Assembly: GCF_020745735.1 (NCBI RefSeq)
Contig: NC_083411.1
Span: forward strand, 95,218,328 to 95,282,327
Source of the DNA: Hemiscyllium ocellatum
Taxonomy: Eukaryota
Length of the DNA: 64,000 bases
Direction of reading: 5' to 3'
Position 1 is the first letter of the stretch, and each line of letters starts with the position of its first letter. Below are positions 1 to 12,444 of the stretch, one piece after another. The position numbers and the translations under genes are program-made. Below the pieces are notes generated by a model that searched no databases, was not told the DNA's origin, and saw nothing but the letters and a program-made list of their open reading frames with translations.

Positions 1-411
1 TTAATTTACTCCATGTTGCAAGATATCCTTGGAGAACTAAAGTCTAAAGTCAGGCTTGCGGTTCTCACTCATCCCATGTTTTTGGAGAGTTTGATTAGCC
101 ACACTGAAAATACTTCCAGACATAATTCTGGATTTGTCAAGCTTTAAAAAAAATATTATGGGTTGATTTTTTTCCACATCAGCTTTCTAGATGGTATCTA
201 CATTGCGAGCCCAGCCAGTCCTTTAGTTTGGAAGGCTGCTAGAGAGCAGGCACCTGCTCATCCTGGGCCAGAAAGAATCCAGTGGTCTGGGTAAAGTAAT
301 ACTTCAACCACACAATCAAATACTTAGTCTCCATTCATGAGAAACAGCAGCAGCCTATCGAGTAAAACACAATGGCCTTCACTGCCCAGAAGCTACAGCG
401 GTGCACTGAGT

Positions 412-684
412 CAGATGTACTGCATGGAAACAGACCCTTTGGTCCAACCCGTCCATGCTGACTAGATGTCCCAACCCAATCCAGTCCCACCTGCCAGCAC
501 CTGGTCCATATCCCTCCAAACCCCTCCTATTGATATACCCACCCAAATGCCTATTAAATGTTGCAATTGTACTCTCCTCCACCACTTCCTCTGGCAGCTC
601 ATTCCATAAAAATGTGTACTACCCTCTGCATGAAAACATTGCCCCTTCGGTCTCATCTTTCCGCCCTCACCCTAAACCTATGCC
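412..684 (-). mobile_element. CR1 (HER1-type) LINE 3' end fragment
   Basis: Matches the CR1 3' end seen at 19290-19808 and 33403-33760 (ORF2 C-terminus EESTIATFNRHL..., 3' UTR GGACCAAAGGGTCTGTTTCCATGC). Confidence 0.9.
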
Positions 685-964
685 ATTTGACTGTGGTTGC
701 CTCCACAGGCAGATTGCTGGCTGCTATGGAGAACAAAGTCCAGCTGGAAAGGTGCACACCTACACCATTAGTCCTGAGAATTAATGGGTCAGACAAAGTC
801 CTGGCACAAAGTGAGACTGGATCCTTAACCCCAATCCAGATGCTGACTCATGACAGGTCAGGTAGGTGCCATCCTGACTATACTGAACAGGGACTACATG
901 GAGCTTGCTTGGTACATACAAAAAAAAACACCACAGACTTTAGGACCCACCATGCCTGTGCCAA

Positions 965-997
965 CTATGATGCAATTCTATGATGCAATTCTATGAT
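965..997 (+). repeat. 13-bp tandem repeat (CTATGATGCAATT)x2.5
   Basis: Direct inspection; resembles the ATTCTATG-type CR1 tail microsatellite. Confidence 0.8.
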
Positions 998-1082
998 CTA
1001 GATGTAGCTGGAATCTCCATTTCCCATGCCCAGACTTCAGAAGTTCAGTCTGTGGAAGGTCGTCAGAGGATGTTTTTTTGCC

Positions 1083-1385
1083 AGAGCTAAGATTTGTAGC
1101 TCAGGTTCAGGTTCTGGATGTGGGTTTGCTGGCTGACCTAGAAGATTCGTTTCCAGATGTTTCAATCACCATACTAGGTAACATCAGTGAGTCTCCAGAT
1201 GAAGCATTGGTGCTATGGCCCATTTTCTGTTTACGTTCAGGTTTCCTTGGGTTGGTTATTTCACTTCCTGTTCTTTTTCTCAGGGGGTGGTAAATGGGAT
1301 CCAAGTCAAAGTGTTTTTGTTGTGGCATTCCAACCAGAACTCAAAACTTTCCAACTCAGCAAGCAGACCTACATCCAGGACCTCT
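1083..1385 (-). mobile_element. Penelope-like element 3' end/pLTR with a short inverted segment
   Basis: Minus ORF KHFDLDPIYHPLRKRTG resembles the C-terminus after a PLE GIY-YIG domain. Degenerate hammerhead-like CTGATG..TTACC-TAGTAT-GGTGA..GAAAC at ~1155-1190 (minus). 1354-1384 is the inverted copy of ~1108-1137. Confidence 0.7.
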
Positions 1386-2614
1386 GGGTCACCCCACCTC
1401 CTTCACCCCAGCCACACAGTAAGAGTGAAAGGGGGTGGGGGCACTGCAAGCAAGGAGAAAATGCATTGGAAGTACAGATGCGAGTGTTACTTAACATGAC
1501 AAATGCTGGGTTTTCACTGCTCAGGTGATTTTAGTCTGTGTAGGGTTGAATTGCAATCCAGATAAGACACTGACTTAACAGTTTGAATTTAAATAAAGCA
1601 GCTTTAAAATGTAATGAAAGAGATGATGTTCCCTCTGCAAATAAAGCATAGTAGAATACAGCTGTGAACAAAAACATTGGATTTTATGGTTTATGATCTT
1701 ATGACTGATTATATCCTGGGTATATAAATTTCCTGAATTAACTTGCAGCCCAAAGGAAGAAATTCTTAAAAAAAAAAGTGGTACTGCTGGTTAATTAATG
1801 ATACGCATTTTTCTTAGTGGGTGCATGATAGCATTACAGTTCATGATTTTCAATCTGTTAAATTCTAACAAGGAAGGTTTAAGGGTGAAATACAGGAACA
1901 GTTGTTTAAAAAACACATTATTTCATTTGACAATTGTATGGAAGATGTAATCATGACAAACTGACATGTTTTTCATTTTTAACCAAGTGACCATTACTCC
2001 CTATCAATTTCTGATCGATGCTTGGATTTTTGCTGCCCTTCACACAAAGGGACAGCATCATAGGTCAAGAGAAATTCCCAATCCTGAAGTTGGTCCTTTG
2101 TGTAGGAACATGGAAAGAATCTCAGATGCTTCACCTCCAAATGATTCAGAGGCATAAAGAGGAACTGTGCAAAGTACACATTGTGCTAACTTAATATGTA
2201 GGAGTGGAGGGTACAAAAGAATTAACTGATGAGATGGATGACAATAGAAAGTTATACTTTTCCATTTCTTGGTCTCAAAAGATGTACAAGTTTCTGCAAT
2301 GCCACTTTCTTCCATGTGAATTCCTCATTTCTGAGGAAAGTAATTTCTTACCATTTGAGTTAATGTGGAGGCAAAGATTTGTACAGACCCTTTCATCCTC
2401 TAGATCCAGGGTAGACAAAATGCTCACTTCTGATCCTTATGGTGCAAGTCAATGGTGATTTGGATTTGATAATTAAAAACTCAAATATTTTACTTAAAAT
2501 CGGTCTTAATTTTGTTTACTAATTTCAGAAAGACTTGTCAAATGAAGTCATTGATCAGCTTCAGTATATTAATCAACACCAATTTGAACAGACAATTATG
2601 GAGAATGCCTAGAA

Positions 2615-5600
2615 CTACACAGCATAGAAGCAACCCTTCTACCCACATTTGATGCGGGCCAAATACCAAACCACGTTAATCCCATTTGTTTTTACTAGAT
2701 CATACCCCTGGCATTTTAAGTATGCACTGAGATGCTTAAGGTGTTGACAGAGAACCTACCTCTGGCACTATGTTCCATTCCCCTCCCCAGATTAGAATTA
2801 ATGTATTACAAAATATCAGAGTGCATCTGGGAAAGTTAACAAACTGAAATTTACAACTCATCCCAGCGAACTTGTTTGGGAGAGGTCACAGCAAAGAAAC
2901 AGATAAGTAAATATTTAAAAAAGTGTGGCCTTACAGTAAGTCTACAGAAGTGAGTAGAGTAGGTTCTTAATTATGTTAGGATACATCTTGATTAAACTTA
3001 GAGAAGCCATAAGTATTAATTTAACCTGGAGCAGTGTTTTGTAGAGGAAGACAGAGCTATTTGATAAGTCTGTAGATGGAAAGCTAAAAAAGCCTTCAGT
3101 AGAGTGATATGTTCTTGCCTGATGTGGGAGTTTAGGAAGAGTTTATGTTTTGAGGATTATACCTGCAATAAATGCTGTTGGTTATGAATTCTATTAGATC
3201 AAATGGATCAGTTGTGGAGACATAGTTAGAGGCAATGAGTAGTGTACAAGGCCAAGGAGACAGGATGGATAGCTATCAAAGGAAGGGGGAAGTCAGTACA
3301 GTCACACATGGGTTAACTCCAGGAAAGGCAAGAGGTAAGCAGGTAGTGCAGGAGTCTATGGATATCCCATTTCAAACAAGTATGCAGTTTTGGAAAATAT
3401 AGGGGGTGATGGACACTATGGGGAATGTAGCAAGTTTCTGTATTGAGACTGGCTCTAATGCAACGAGGGGTACATCAGGTTCCAAGAGATCGATTGTGTT
3501 AGGCGACTCTGGTATGAGGTACAGATGTTTTGTGGCCAGCAGAAAAAAAATGGTGTATTGCTTCCGGAGCCAGGATCAAGGGTGTCTCAGTGTGTAGAAT
3601 GTTCTTCAAGGAGGAGAGAGGGGCCAGGAGGTCATTGTCCACAATGGAATCAGTGATGGGGGAAAAAAGGTGCGAGATTACAGCGTGTTAGGAAGGAAGT
3701 TAAAAAAGGTCCTCAAGATTAATATCTGGATTACTCCCAGTGCTACAAGCTATGAGGACAGGATTAGGAGGATAGAGCAGATGAATGCATGGCTGAGGAG
3801 CTGGTGCATGAGAAGGATTCACATTTTTTGGCTCATTGGAATCTCTCCTGGGGAGAAGGTGACCTGTACAAGGAAGAATTGTACCTAAATTGGAAGGGGA
3901 CTAACATACCTTCAGAGATTTGAGCATGCTGTTTGGGAGGATTTAAGCTAGTAAGGGTGGGGGGGTGGGGGTGGCAGTTGGACTCAGGGGGATAGTAACA
4001 AAAAGAGGTGATCCAAGACTGGTACACAGTTGAGAACAGAAGCAAGCCCAAACAAACAGATGTCAGTGCAGGCAGGGACAAAAGCAGAGAACAAAGGTAG
4101 GACTAATAAATTAAACTGCATTTATTTCAATGCAAGCAGCCTAACAAGAAAGGCAGATGAACTTAGGGCATGGTTAGGAACATGGGACAGGAATCTCACA
4201 GCAATCACAAACATAGCTCAGGGATGGGCAGGACTGGCAGCTTATGTTCCAGGGTTCAAATGCTACAGGAAGGACAGAAAGGGAGGCAAAAAGGAGGGGA
4301 GGTGGGTGGGAGGAGGAGAGTGGTGTTTTTGAGAAGGGATAGCATTACAGCTGTATGGAGAGAGATATTCCTGAAAAAAAAACTTCCAAGGAAGTTATTT
4401 GGGTGGAACTGAGAAATAAAGGGATGATCATATTGGGATTGTATTATAGACCCCCTAATAGTCAGAGAGAAATTGAAAAACAAACTGAGAACTCAGCTAC
4501 CTGTAAAAATAATAGGATTGTTATGGTAGGGGAATTTTAACTTTCCAAACCTAGACTGGGACTGCCAGTGTTAAGGGTTTAGATAGAGGAAGTTGTTAAT
4601 GTAGAAGAAAATTCTGAGTAAGTGGATGTACCTATGAGAGAGAGAGAGAAGGTGCAAAACTTTACCCACTCTCGGGAACCCAGGCAGGGCAGGTGACTGA
4701 GGTGTCAGTGGGGGAGCACTTTGGGGCCAGCGACCATAATTCTATTAGATTTAAAATAGTGATGGAAAGGGATAGACCATTTCTGCAATTCAACTTTTAG
4801 AAAGGCCAATTTTGATGGTATTAGGCGAGAACTTTCAAAAGCTGATTGGGGGGCAGATGTGTATACGAATAGGAAGGGTTTGGAGGGATAGGGGCCGGGT
4901 GCTGGCAGGTGGGACTAGATTAGGTTGGAACATCTGGTCAACATGGACAAGTTGGACCAAAAAAGGTCTGTTTCCGTGCTGTACATCACTATGACCCTCC
5001 CTTGCTCCTCTTTTTTTCCCCCCACAACAACTTATGTCCTCTGGTCTCGAGACAATATTCACAATCTGTCTAGGCCTCTTGTATACTTCAGATGCACCCC
5101 CTCCCTTGCCCATTCTCTGCTCTAAAAAGAGAAACCCAACTGGTCTCTGCTTATAACCAATCTTTTCATCCCAGACAGTATCCTGGTGAATCTCCTCCAC
5201 CATCTAACTCAATTGTATCAACCTGAAAGCATGGTGACCAGAACTGCATACAGAATTCCATTCATGGAATAATCAAATTTAAGACAGTTGCAACAATACC
5301 TCCTTGCTCCTATATTTTATATCACAGCTGAAGGCAAGCATTAGTATGCCTTCAATCACCCCGTCTACCTTTGACACTTTCAGGGATCCAAGGACATGTA
5401 CATCAATTTCACTGTCCCTGTACTTCTAGGGACCTACCATTCATTGTGTATAGGCATCCCTTATCAGGCCTCCCTGATAATTGCAAAGTAATGTATTTTG
5501 GATTAAAAATTCCATTGTTCTGCCCAGTTTGTCAACTAATCAAATGTCACTCACCAGAGACCATCCTTCTCATTAACATACCCAATTGATCTGCAAGCAA

Positions 5601-5760
5601 TTATACCTTGTTCATTCATATCCAAGTTGTTAATGTACACTCAGCCCTACACAACTGGTCACAGGCTACTAATTACAAAAACACACTCCACCATCACATC
5701 TATTTGAAAGAAAATTTCTTCCAGTTTGCAAATTTACTTTGCAATTTACAATTGCCAAAA
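2615..5760 (-). mobile_element. Old, diverged CR1 LINE 3' portion, split by the younger CR1 at 2788-4994
   Basis: Decayed CR1 3' UTR at 2615-2787 continues collinearly at 4995-5760 (CCAGAACTGCATACAG, ATCCTGGTGAATCTCC motifs of the ORF2 C-terminus). Confidence 0.7.
2788..4994 (+). mobile_element. Internally deleted CR1 LINE: 5' region, ORF1 (SGNH esterase-like), APE endonuclease, fused directly to the 3' tail
   Basis: Homologous to 33403-37191 (RRIEQMNAWLRSWC; LNCIYFNASSLTRKADELRAW; WVELRNKG..GLYYRPPNS). Jumps to the 3' UTR at ~4860. Candidate TSD CCCTCCC at 2781-2787 and 4995-5001. Confidence 0.85.
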
Positions 5761-5854
5761 CACCACAAATTTCAAAGCCATTACCATAATGGTAGAGGGC
5801 CAGATGACTGCCTCGTGAAGTTGGTCTCACCCAAGTGATAACCACAATTCTAGG

Positions 5855-6010
5855 AGTACAACGTTAAAAATCACTTCTCTACATCCACCTGAAGGAGCAG
5901 CGCTCCGAAAGCTAGTGCTTCCAAATAAGCCTGTTGGACTACAACCTGGTGTAGAGATTTTTAAACTTTATACATCCTAGTCCAAACACCCGCATCTCCA
6001 AAATCGTGAC
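5855..6010 (+). mobile_element. Penelope-like pLTR fragment (GGAGC-stem family)
   Basis: CTGAAGGAGCAGCGCTCCGAAAGCT followed by AAATAAGCCTGTTGGACT. Same family as 44429-44555 and 46690-47072. Preceded by a short inverted piece (TTAAAAATCAC). Confidence 0.75.
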
Positions 6011-6772
6011 TAAGTGTAGGCAAAGCAATGTTGTGATCAGCATCACAGCTGAACCAGCAACCCATATCAAAACAAGTAAAATGTTCCAACACTGGCTAGA
6101 TAAAAAACCACGTAAAACGTGTGGTTCTTCTCTCCTAGTAAATTCAACCTTTACTGTTTTGAATCAGCTGAACTCCAACTAGTGGAATAGCGACCTACCA
6201 TACTATATAGCTTCATACAATCCAGTTTAGTGCATTATGTTCATAAGTATTTCAATCTGCCTGGACTTCTAAACATTTGTGTTCATTAATAAAGCAATTA
6301 GGACAAAAGTACATTTTAGCAAATACTAATGATATTAAGTGACAGTCTAATCATGCATTGATCTCATTTGTTCTATTGACAGGCTGCCCAATTTGAACAC
6401 CTTATATTGCTGTCAATTCCAACTAGATCGAGTCTATAGAATGACTGGACTGAATGCTAATGGCCTGTTACATTTGTTCAGTTAGTTCCAACTGTCACTT
6501 GGGGGCAGATATGCAAATTATACATTTCATGGCCGATCTAACTAATAATTGAATATAACCCTGTAACACTCCAAGGCAAGTGTACTCATTATAAATGCTA
6601 GTACTGACTCCCTACTGATTACATTTCATAGCACAAGTAAAAATAGCACAAATGATTAAAAATGGTCAGCTTTCAGAAACCATGGAGTCAAGTGTTTTCA
6701 CCATATTTTCTATGTTCAAAGTACATACATCCTGATCCTAGCTGGTGTTGTTATTTAGAATAAGTGTAAATG

Positions 6773-6816
6773 TGGCTATTCAGGACCATTGTTAAGAGAA
6801 TGATCCTGAATAGCCA
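6773..6816 (-). repeat. 18-bp inverted repeat with an 8-nt loop
   Basis: TGGCTATTCAGGACCATT / AATGATCCTGAATAGCCA, 17/18 complementary. Confidence 0.9.
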
Positions 6817-6923
6817 AAGCTGTTAATAACAGGATTAACAATGTTTAAATGAAGAAAACATTTAATGTTTGTAATTAGGGCACATCTTTGATTTGGCAGG
6901 AGTGCTGTCATCATGAAGATATG

Positions 6924-7124
6924 TAGGAGATCGAGGTCTGCAGATACTGGAGTTCAGAGTGGAGAGCATGTTGCTGGAAAAGCACAACCAGTCAGGCAGC
7001 ATCTGAGGAGCAGGAAAAAGACATTTCAGGCTGCAGTCCTTCATCCCTGATGAAGGGCTCTGGCCCAAAACATGAATTTTTCCTGCTCCTCAGACACTGC
7101 CTGACTTGCTTTTCCAGCAACACA
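6924..7124. mobile_element. Fold-back Penelope-derived element with hammerhead-like core and 14-bp TSD
   Basis: Inverted arms meet at ~7045. Core CTGATGAAGGGCTCTGGCCCAAAAC. TSD ATCATGAAGATATG at 6910-6923 and 7125-7138. Confidence 0.85.
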
Positions 7125-9189
7125 ATCATGAAGATATGCTCCAGTGATTGTATAATTCAATTAGATACAAAAGGAAAAATTCAAACTTAAGTTATTAATG
7201 CCAGCTTCAATGCAGGTGCATTGCATACATTATTGAACAAGTTGACTTATAATTCATCACATTAGCAACATTGGATCCAGAAATTAATAGCTGTCCCTTT
7301 TGCAATGCTGCTACATGTTATCAAATGGAAAGTGTGTCAAGTGACATATTTCCATGATCTGAATGGAATGTCACTGCACTCAGGAATCCATGGGATCAGC
7401 ATGCTGAAGCCGGTGCTAAGTTAATGAACAGGAAAATTAGAAGTGCAGCAAAAAGCATGTCCCTGCCCAATTTTTCAAACCCAAGAAATTGCCCATCAGT
7501 ATTGGAAGCTTGTCCTATTTACGAGGTCAGGACAATCAGTCCTGTGAAAGACAAAAACTTCAGATCGCCAACAACTACAAAACAATTGGAGAACCTCAGC
7601 AGGTCTGATAATGTTAACTCTGCTTTATCTCTACAGATACTAAGTGCAAAAACCCTTCAGAACTGAAGTGGACCCCATATTAATTCTGCATTTTACCCCT
7701 ACAGATCTGGCCAGATTTACAGAGATTCTCCAGCAATTTCTCTGAAAAACACAGCTGGGAATTTCTGAAGTGCTCCAACTTTCCTAACAAAGTGAAAAAG
7801 TATGGCAAACAAGAAGTTCTCTTCACTTGTATTAGAAATTCTTAGTGTTGTCAAAACAGAGCTGTAAAACAGCTTAAGTCAGGACATTAGCAGTCAGGTC
7901 AGTACACCACACCATGGAAGGTTTTGCCTAATGGTCTTAGAAAAACCCCAAGAGGGCAAACAGCCCTGTTGAGATGCATCATGCTATAAGTGAAATCAAT
8001 AGGCCATCTTGCTATCTACACAATCAAGATAAATCAATCAAGTTATAGACACAGCAGGGTACATTGCAACTGTTAGACTAAAATCATGGTAATAGAACAG
8101 TTGTCTTAGAAACTTCCCATCATATTTCTCACACCAGAACCCAGCAAACTCCCAACCCTCTAATTTTTCCCCCCCCCCCAATATGTAACAGGATCTTTTC
8201 ATTAATGGTGCTCCTGCTACATGAATTCAAGAGTAAATTCAGGGATGATACAAAAATGTGCCATTACATCAGGAACAGAATTATTCATGCATACTAGTCT
8301 CTTTTTATTCATTCATTTCTGACAAGCTTTAATGAGAGCTGCTTATAAACACGACTGTTGCTGATGAAATCCATCCTACTACAAGGATGGATTTCACTTT
8401 AAACACTCTTGGGACAGAGATTTGTATACTATATTACATTTTACAGATTAACCAGGACATGGTGTACAGTTTGATTAAAAATCTCCCTAATTCCAGTTTT
8501 GGGGTCTGTACTGCAATTGAATGCAGTACAATTCTTCATTTACCACACACCTGGTATACTATTCCATAAACACTGCTGTCTGAATATGTAACCCATTGTT
8601 TTTCATGTTAGAACATTTTTTGCAACTGTTTTATTTTGGGTCTCGAACTCAGCTGGAGAAGCTCAACAGGTCTAACAGTATCTGTGGGGGTGGGGAAACC
8701 ATGTTTCAAGGCCAAAGTGACTTCAGAATTACCTCTGAAAAATCTTGACATAAATTTCTAAATTTACAACTAATTTGCAATCTGATTGCAAAAGTTTACA
8801 TTTTCTTGAATGTTTTAAATACAATTTTGGCTTTATGGGCAGATTTGAGTGATAACTGATGTATATTAAGTGTAATAAACTCAAGATAAAATTTTGCAAA
8901 TCCAAGTGAGTGGAGTATTGCCACTAAGTGTCTATGTTTACAGACCTATAGATCTAACAAGATAATGGTTCTCTCTCATGGCTGCTTTATATTAGATTCC
9001 TTGCACAAAATCAATTCAACGTGACAGGTAAAGATCCTTCAGCTTAATAAAGTGATGGATTTGACATCTCTGGAAGACTCTTGAAATCAGTTCATGCATT
9101 AGGAACACGGATTTCAGAGGAGAAGCCTATAGTTTTCCTACAAAGTGCTACAAATTGACATTTTTTCTAATGTTGAATTCTGTTTTGAA

Positions 9190-9335
9190 GCAAAGTTCTC
9201 AGTTCAGTCAAGTTATGCAAACCAACAGATTACAGTTTGATTCCTGGTCTTTGAATTAGCTGGAGTAGAGGTCGAGGTGTCCTTGGACTGGGGAGGAACA
9301 AAATATCAAAAGTAGCACTCCTAAATTATAGTCCA
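9190..9335 (+). mobile_element. Degenerate LF-SINE-like fragment
   Basis: GTTTGATTCCTGGTCT..TTAGCTG..TGGACTGGGGAGG pattern recalls the LF-SINE body; highly diverged. Confidence 0.35.
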
Positions 9336-12300
9336 TACAAGAGACACGTCAGCTAGAGAGATGCTTTGTCTTTAGAGCCACAGAATGAAAGTAAAACTCA
9401 ATGTCATCTAAAGTGAGTGCCTGACCATATTCTGCAGGGTGAGGATAACAACCTCTCCAAAGTATTGGATAATGTTGCCAAGTGAAAGCAGTAGACAAGA
9501 TTACACCAAGAATAGTTGCTTGGGTGAACACCTGAGATAATTATACATGAATGGAAAATGAAAGCATTTTATACAACATTGTTGTCAGTCAAGTTTTGAG
9601 AGATTAATTTGGGCCTGTCAAATTATCTTGCAACCTCAGATGTTCCTTGAGTCCCAAGGTGAATTAGCTATTTTCAACTCCTCCAGGATCCAAAATGACA
9701 ATTGTTCATACTAATAGTTTTAAATTTAGGAGAAGTATTATGGACAAGTCACAGTTCACTTGTGGTATCATGTCTGTGCTCCCTGGCTGGGGAGGGATAT
9801 ATTGAAGGATTAAAGTTTCCTTGCTACTTGTTTCAGCATCATTGATTTCATACATTCACTCATTGACCTCTCCAGGGTGAGCAACTTTTGGATAATGAAT
9901 ATACTTCAGCATTCAACCAGGATCAGGAGGAGAGATGCCAGGTAGTCTGCATTTACACACAGATGTTTGAACAGACAAAAATGATAAAAACAAAAATGAA
10001 ATGGCAAGCAACATCTAGGAGTTAACAGAACTTGGGACAGACCTCAAATATTAGACCATCAGAAAATCCAGTACAAGTTTGCCAGCTTTCCTTAGGCTGA
10101 CTGACAGAATCATTGGATTAGAAGAGGGTTCTCTTGTTCACCAACCTTAATGGAAACCTGCAAGTTTACTTTGACTTCCCAATGGTGACAACCACAATGA
10201 CATTCCAAATTAGATTCAATACAGATGGGGTTAGATTTGAGAACCAAAATTTATTGGGATAAATATCAACTTAGGAGACATGATTTTGCTATCTTGGAAG
10301 AGACTATTACATGAGAGAATAGTCTCAACTTCTCCATTGGTGGAATTTACAGATAAATACCAATTTTTATATAAGCAATTGGAAAATCGGCATTGATTCT
10401 GCTCATTTTGAATATCTAGATAAGCTTCTCTGCTGAATTGTTTCAACTGAGGTGGTGTTTGAGAATTGAAATCAAACTGTCCACATTATTATTATTAAAA
10501 GGTATGTCAATTGAGTGAAAGTGGATTTTCACAAATTAAGTTTATTTCACAAGTTATGATCTGTCAATTTGATCAAAACTCTTCATTGTGGTCTTGACTC
10601 ATCGCACTGCAAACTGAAAAAAAAAAATCAGCCTAACAAGTAGTGGTTAGAATAACACCACCAACAAAATCAGTCACAAGCAGATGGGCTATAATTTAGA
10701 ATTGAGTCAGCATTCAAAATAAGTGTAGTCTCAAGCAGATGACTGTACTACACCAGAGCAACCTCAATTCCAGGTTGAAAGGAATCGGTGTTCAGAGATG
10801 GAAGATTCTTGAGCATCCGATGCCTCAGACATACTCCTCTACTACTCCTTCAAACAAAAAAAAAGGTACAAAAAAAGGATTAAGTTTGACAGTTCCAATA
10901 GATGTCTGAACAGTGAATGAGTGAAGTTTATGAAAGTTAACCCAGGACCTTTTTTAAAAAAAGGCCCCAATCATGCCAAGTTTCACATGGGAGTTAGGAA
11001 GGAAGTGACACCCATTCCAAAGGGGATACTGACCAGCAAGGCCAACCTGTGACTGCAACCAAGATACTGGTCTCAAAAGTTGACTTGTGTACTTTCCATT
11101 GGATCTGATGAGACACTAAGGAATTTGAGAAGATTGGTTGAAGATAGTGGTCTATATTACTCCCCCTTTGTATAGGATTTTGACAGGTGTTTGCTACACA
11201 TTCTTATTGCAGGCACCAGTCTGGATAATAAACATCATGAACATCCTCTGACCTTACTTTGGGGACTTTTTTTTGCAGGGTTAATTATCTAATAGTTTAT
11301 GGTCATTTAGAATGATGTACAAACTACCAGCACTAGAACAGAACAATTTAACTGTTGATGAACAGTTCCTTTTCATGTGGATAGAGGAATGGCACAAAAC
11401 GCCCAGCAAGAGTATGTATATAACTGCTGAAAGAAACACCCACAAAATTTGTATGCAAGTCTATTAAACCAGAGATAAATTTGTATGCAATTACATTAGA
11501 AGTGTAAAACGTGATCGTGCTGTTTAATCTATGTCAGATCAACTAACCTTACCATATTGTACTTGCAAGTGCAAACATAAAACCTGGGGCCAAAGCATAG
11601 AAACAGGAAAGATTTTTACTCAATAGGCTGGAAGTAAATTCAGTATAGATGGAAGGGAAAAAGGAAAAAGAAAGTCAGAAACCACTAGGAGAATTCAGGC
11701 ATGCTAATTATGATATTGCACAACATTTAGACAATAATGTATCTTACAAACCGAACAAAGTCAACTAACAAAAAAAACCTGCTAGAGTGACTAATTGGAG
11801 CATATTTGCAAAGTTCCCTAGATTAGACCACAGAAATACCTGGGAGAAGGAGGAAAAGGGAGCATTTCTGAGTAATGAGCGCACGTTTAAATTGTAGTGT
11901 CCTAGTAATGGATCCTCTGGGGAAGATAAATATCAGAATTTTATATTAGGTTCTAAATTATGCATGCCATTGTTAAACATGGATTGTTCAACTTAAAGCC
12001 AGTGACATTTGAGGAGATAGAGAGAAAAAAAGGAGAGAGTTTGTTGAATTGGAATAGAATCTTCAATAAAAAGGTATTATAGCTCATGTGGAATACTTAA
12101 ATTTCACAATTCAACCAACCTACCTTATCTGGAGAAGGTAAAGCTGAGAAAAGATGGCTGCTAATTTATGAGTTGAAAGACAGTGCTAAAGTAAAATATT
12201 GTGGATTTATGAAAGTTGGTTTCTGTTCAGCAATACTGAAAAAGACCCTACCATTAAAAGGTGTCTAAGTCCTGCCCTACCAAAAGTAGCACCTCCTTTA

Positions 12301-12444
12301 TCCAAAAATTTAACTCCATCTGATAAAGGGTCTGTTGTACAAAGAGATAACCTTCATTGCCCATTAAAACAATTTTGGTGTTAGCTGCAGATTTGCTAAC
12401 ATTATCCCACTTTACCTCCCATTTGGAGGTCAAAAAAGCATCAG

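Noticed and set aside
2529-2612. Possible plus-strand terminal exon KDLSNEVIDQLQYINQHQFEQTIMENA* after a TTTCAG acceptor
   Set aside because: No convincing upstream exon or donor and no recognisable protein; it runs straight into an old CR1 tail.
6740-6790. miR-138-like start AGCTGGTGTTGT
   Set aside because: Only 12 nt match; the rest of the mature sequence and a proper star arm are absent.
10054-10117. Possible C/D snoRNA on the minus strand (CCA-ATGATTC...CTGA-TGG)
   Set aside because: Box C is non-canonical, the terminal stem is only 3 bp, and no rRNA guide complementarity is recognisable.
11446-11491. Direct repeat AAATTTGTATGCAA x2
   Set aside because: Short local duplication with a ~17-nt spacer; not an array and no element between the copies.
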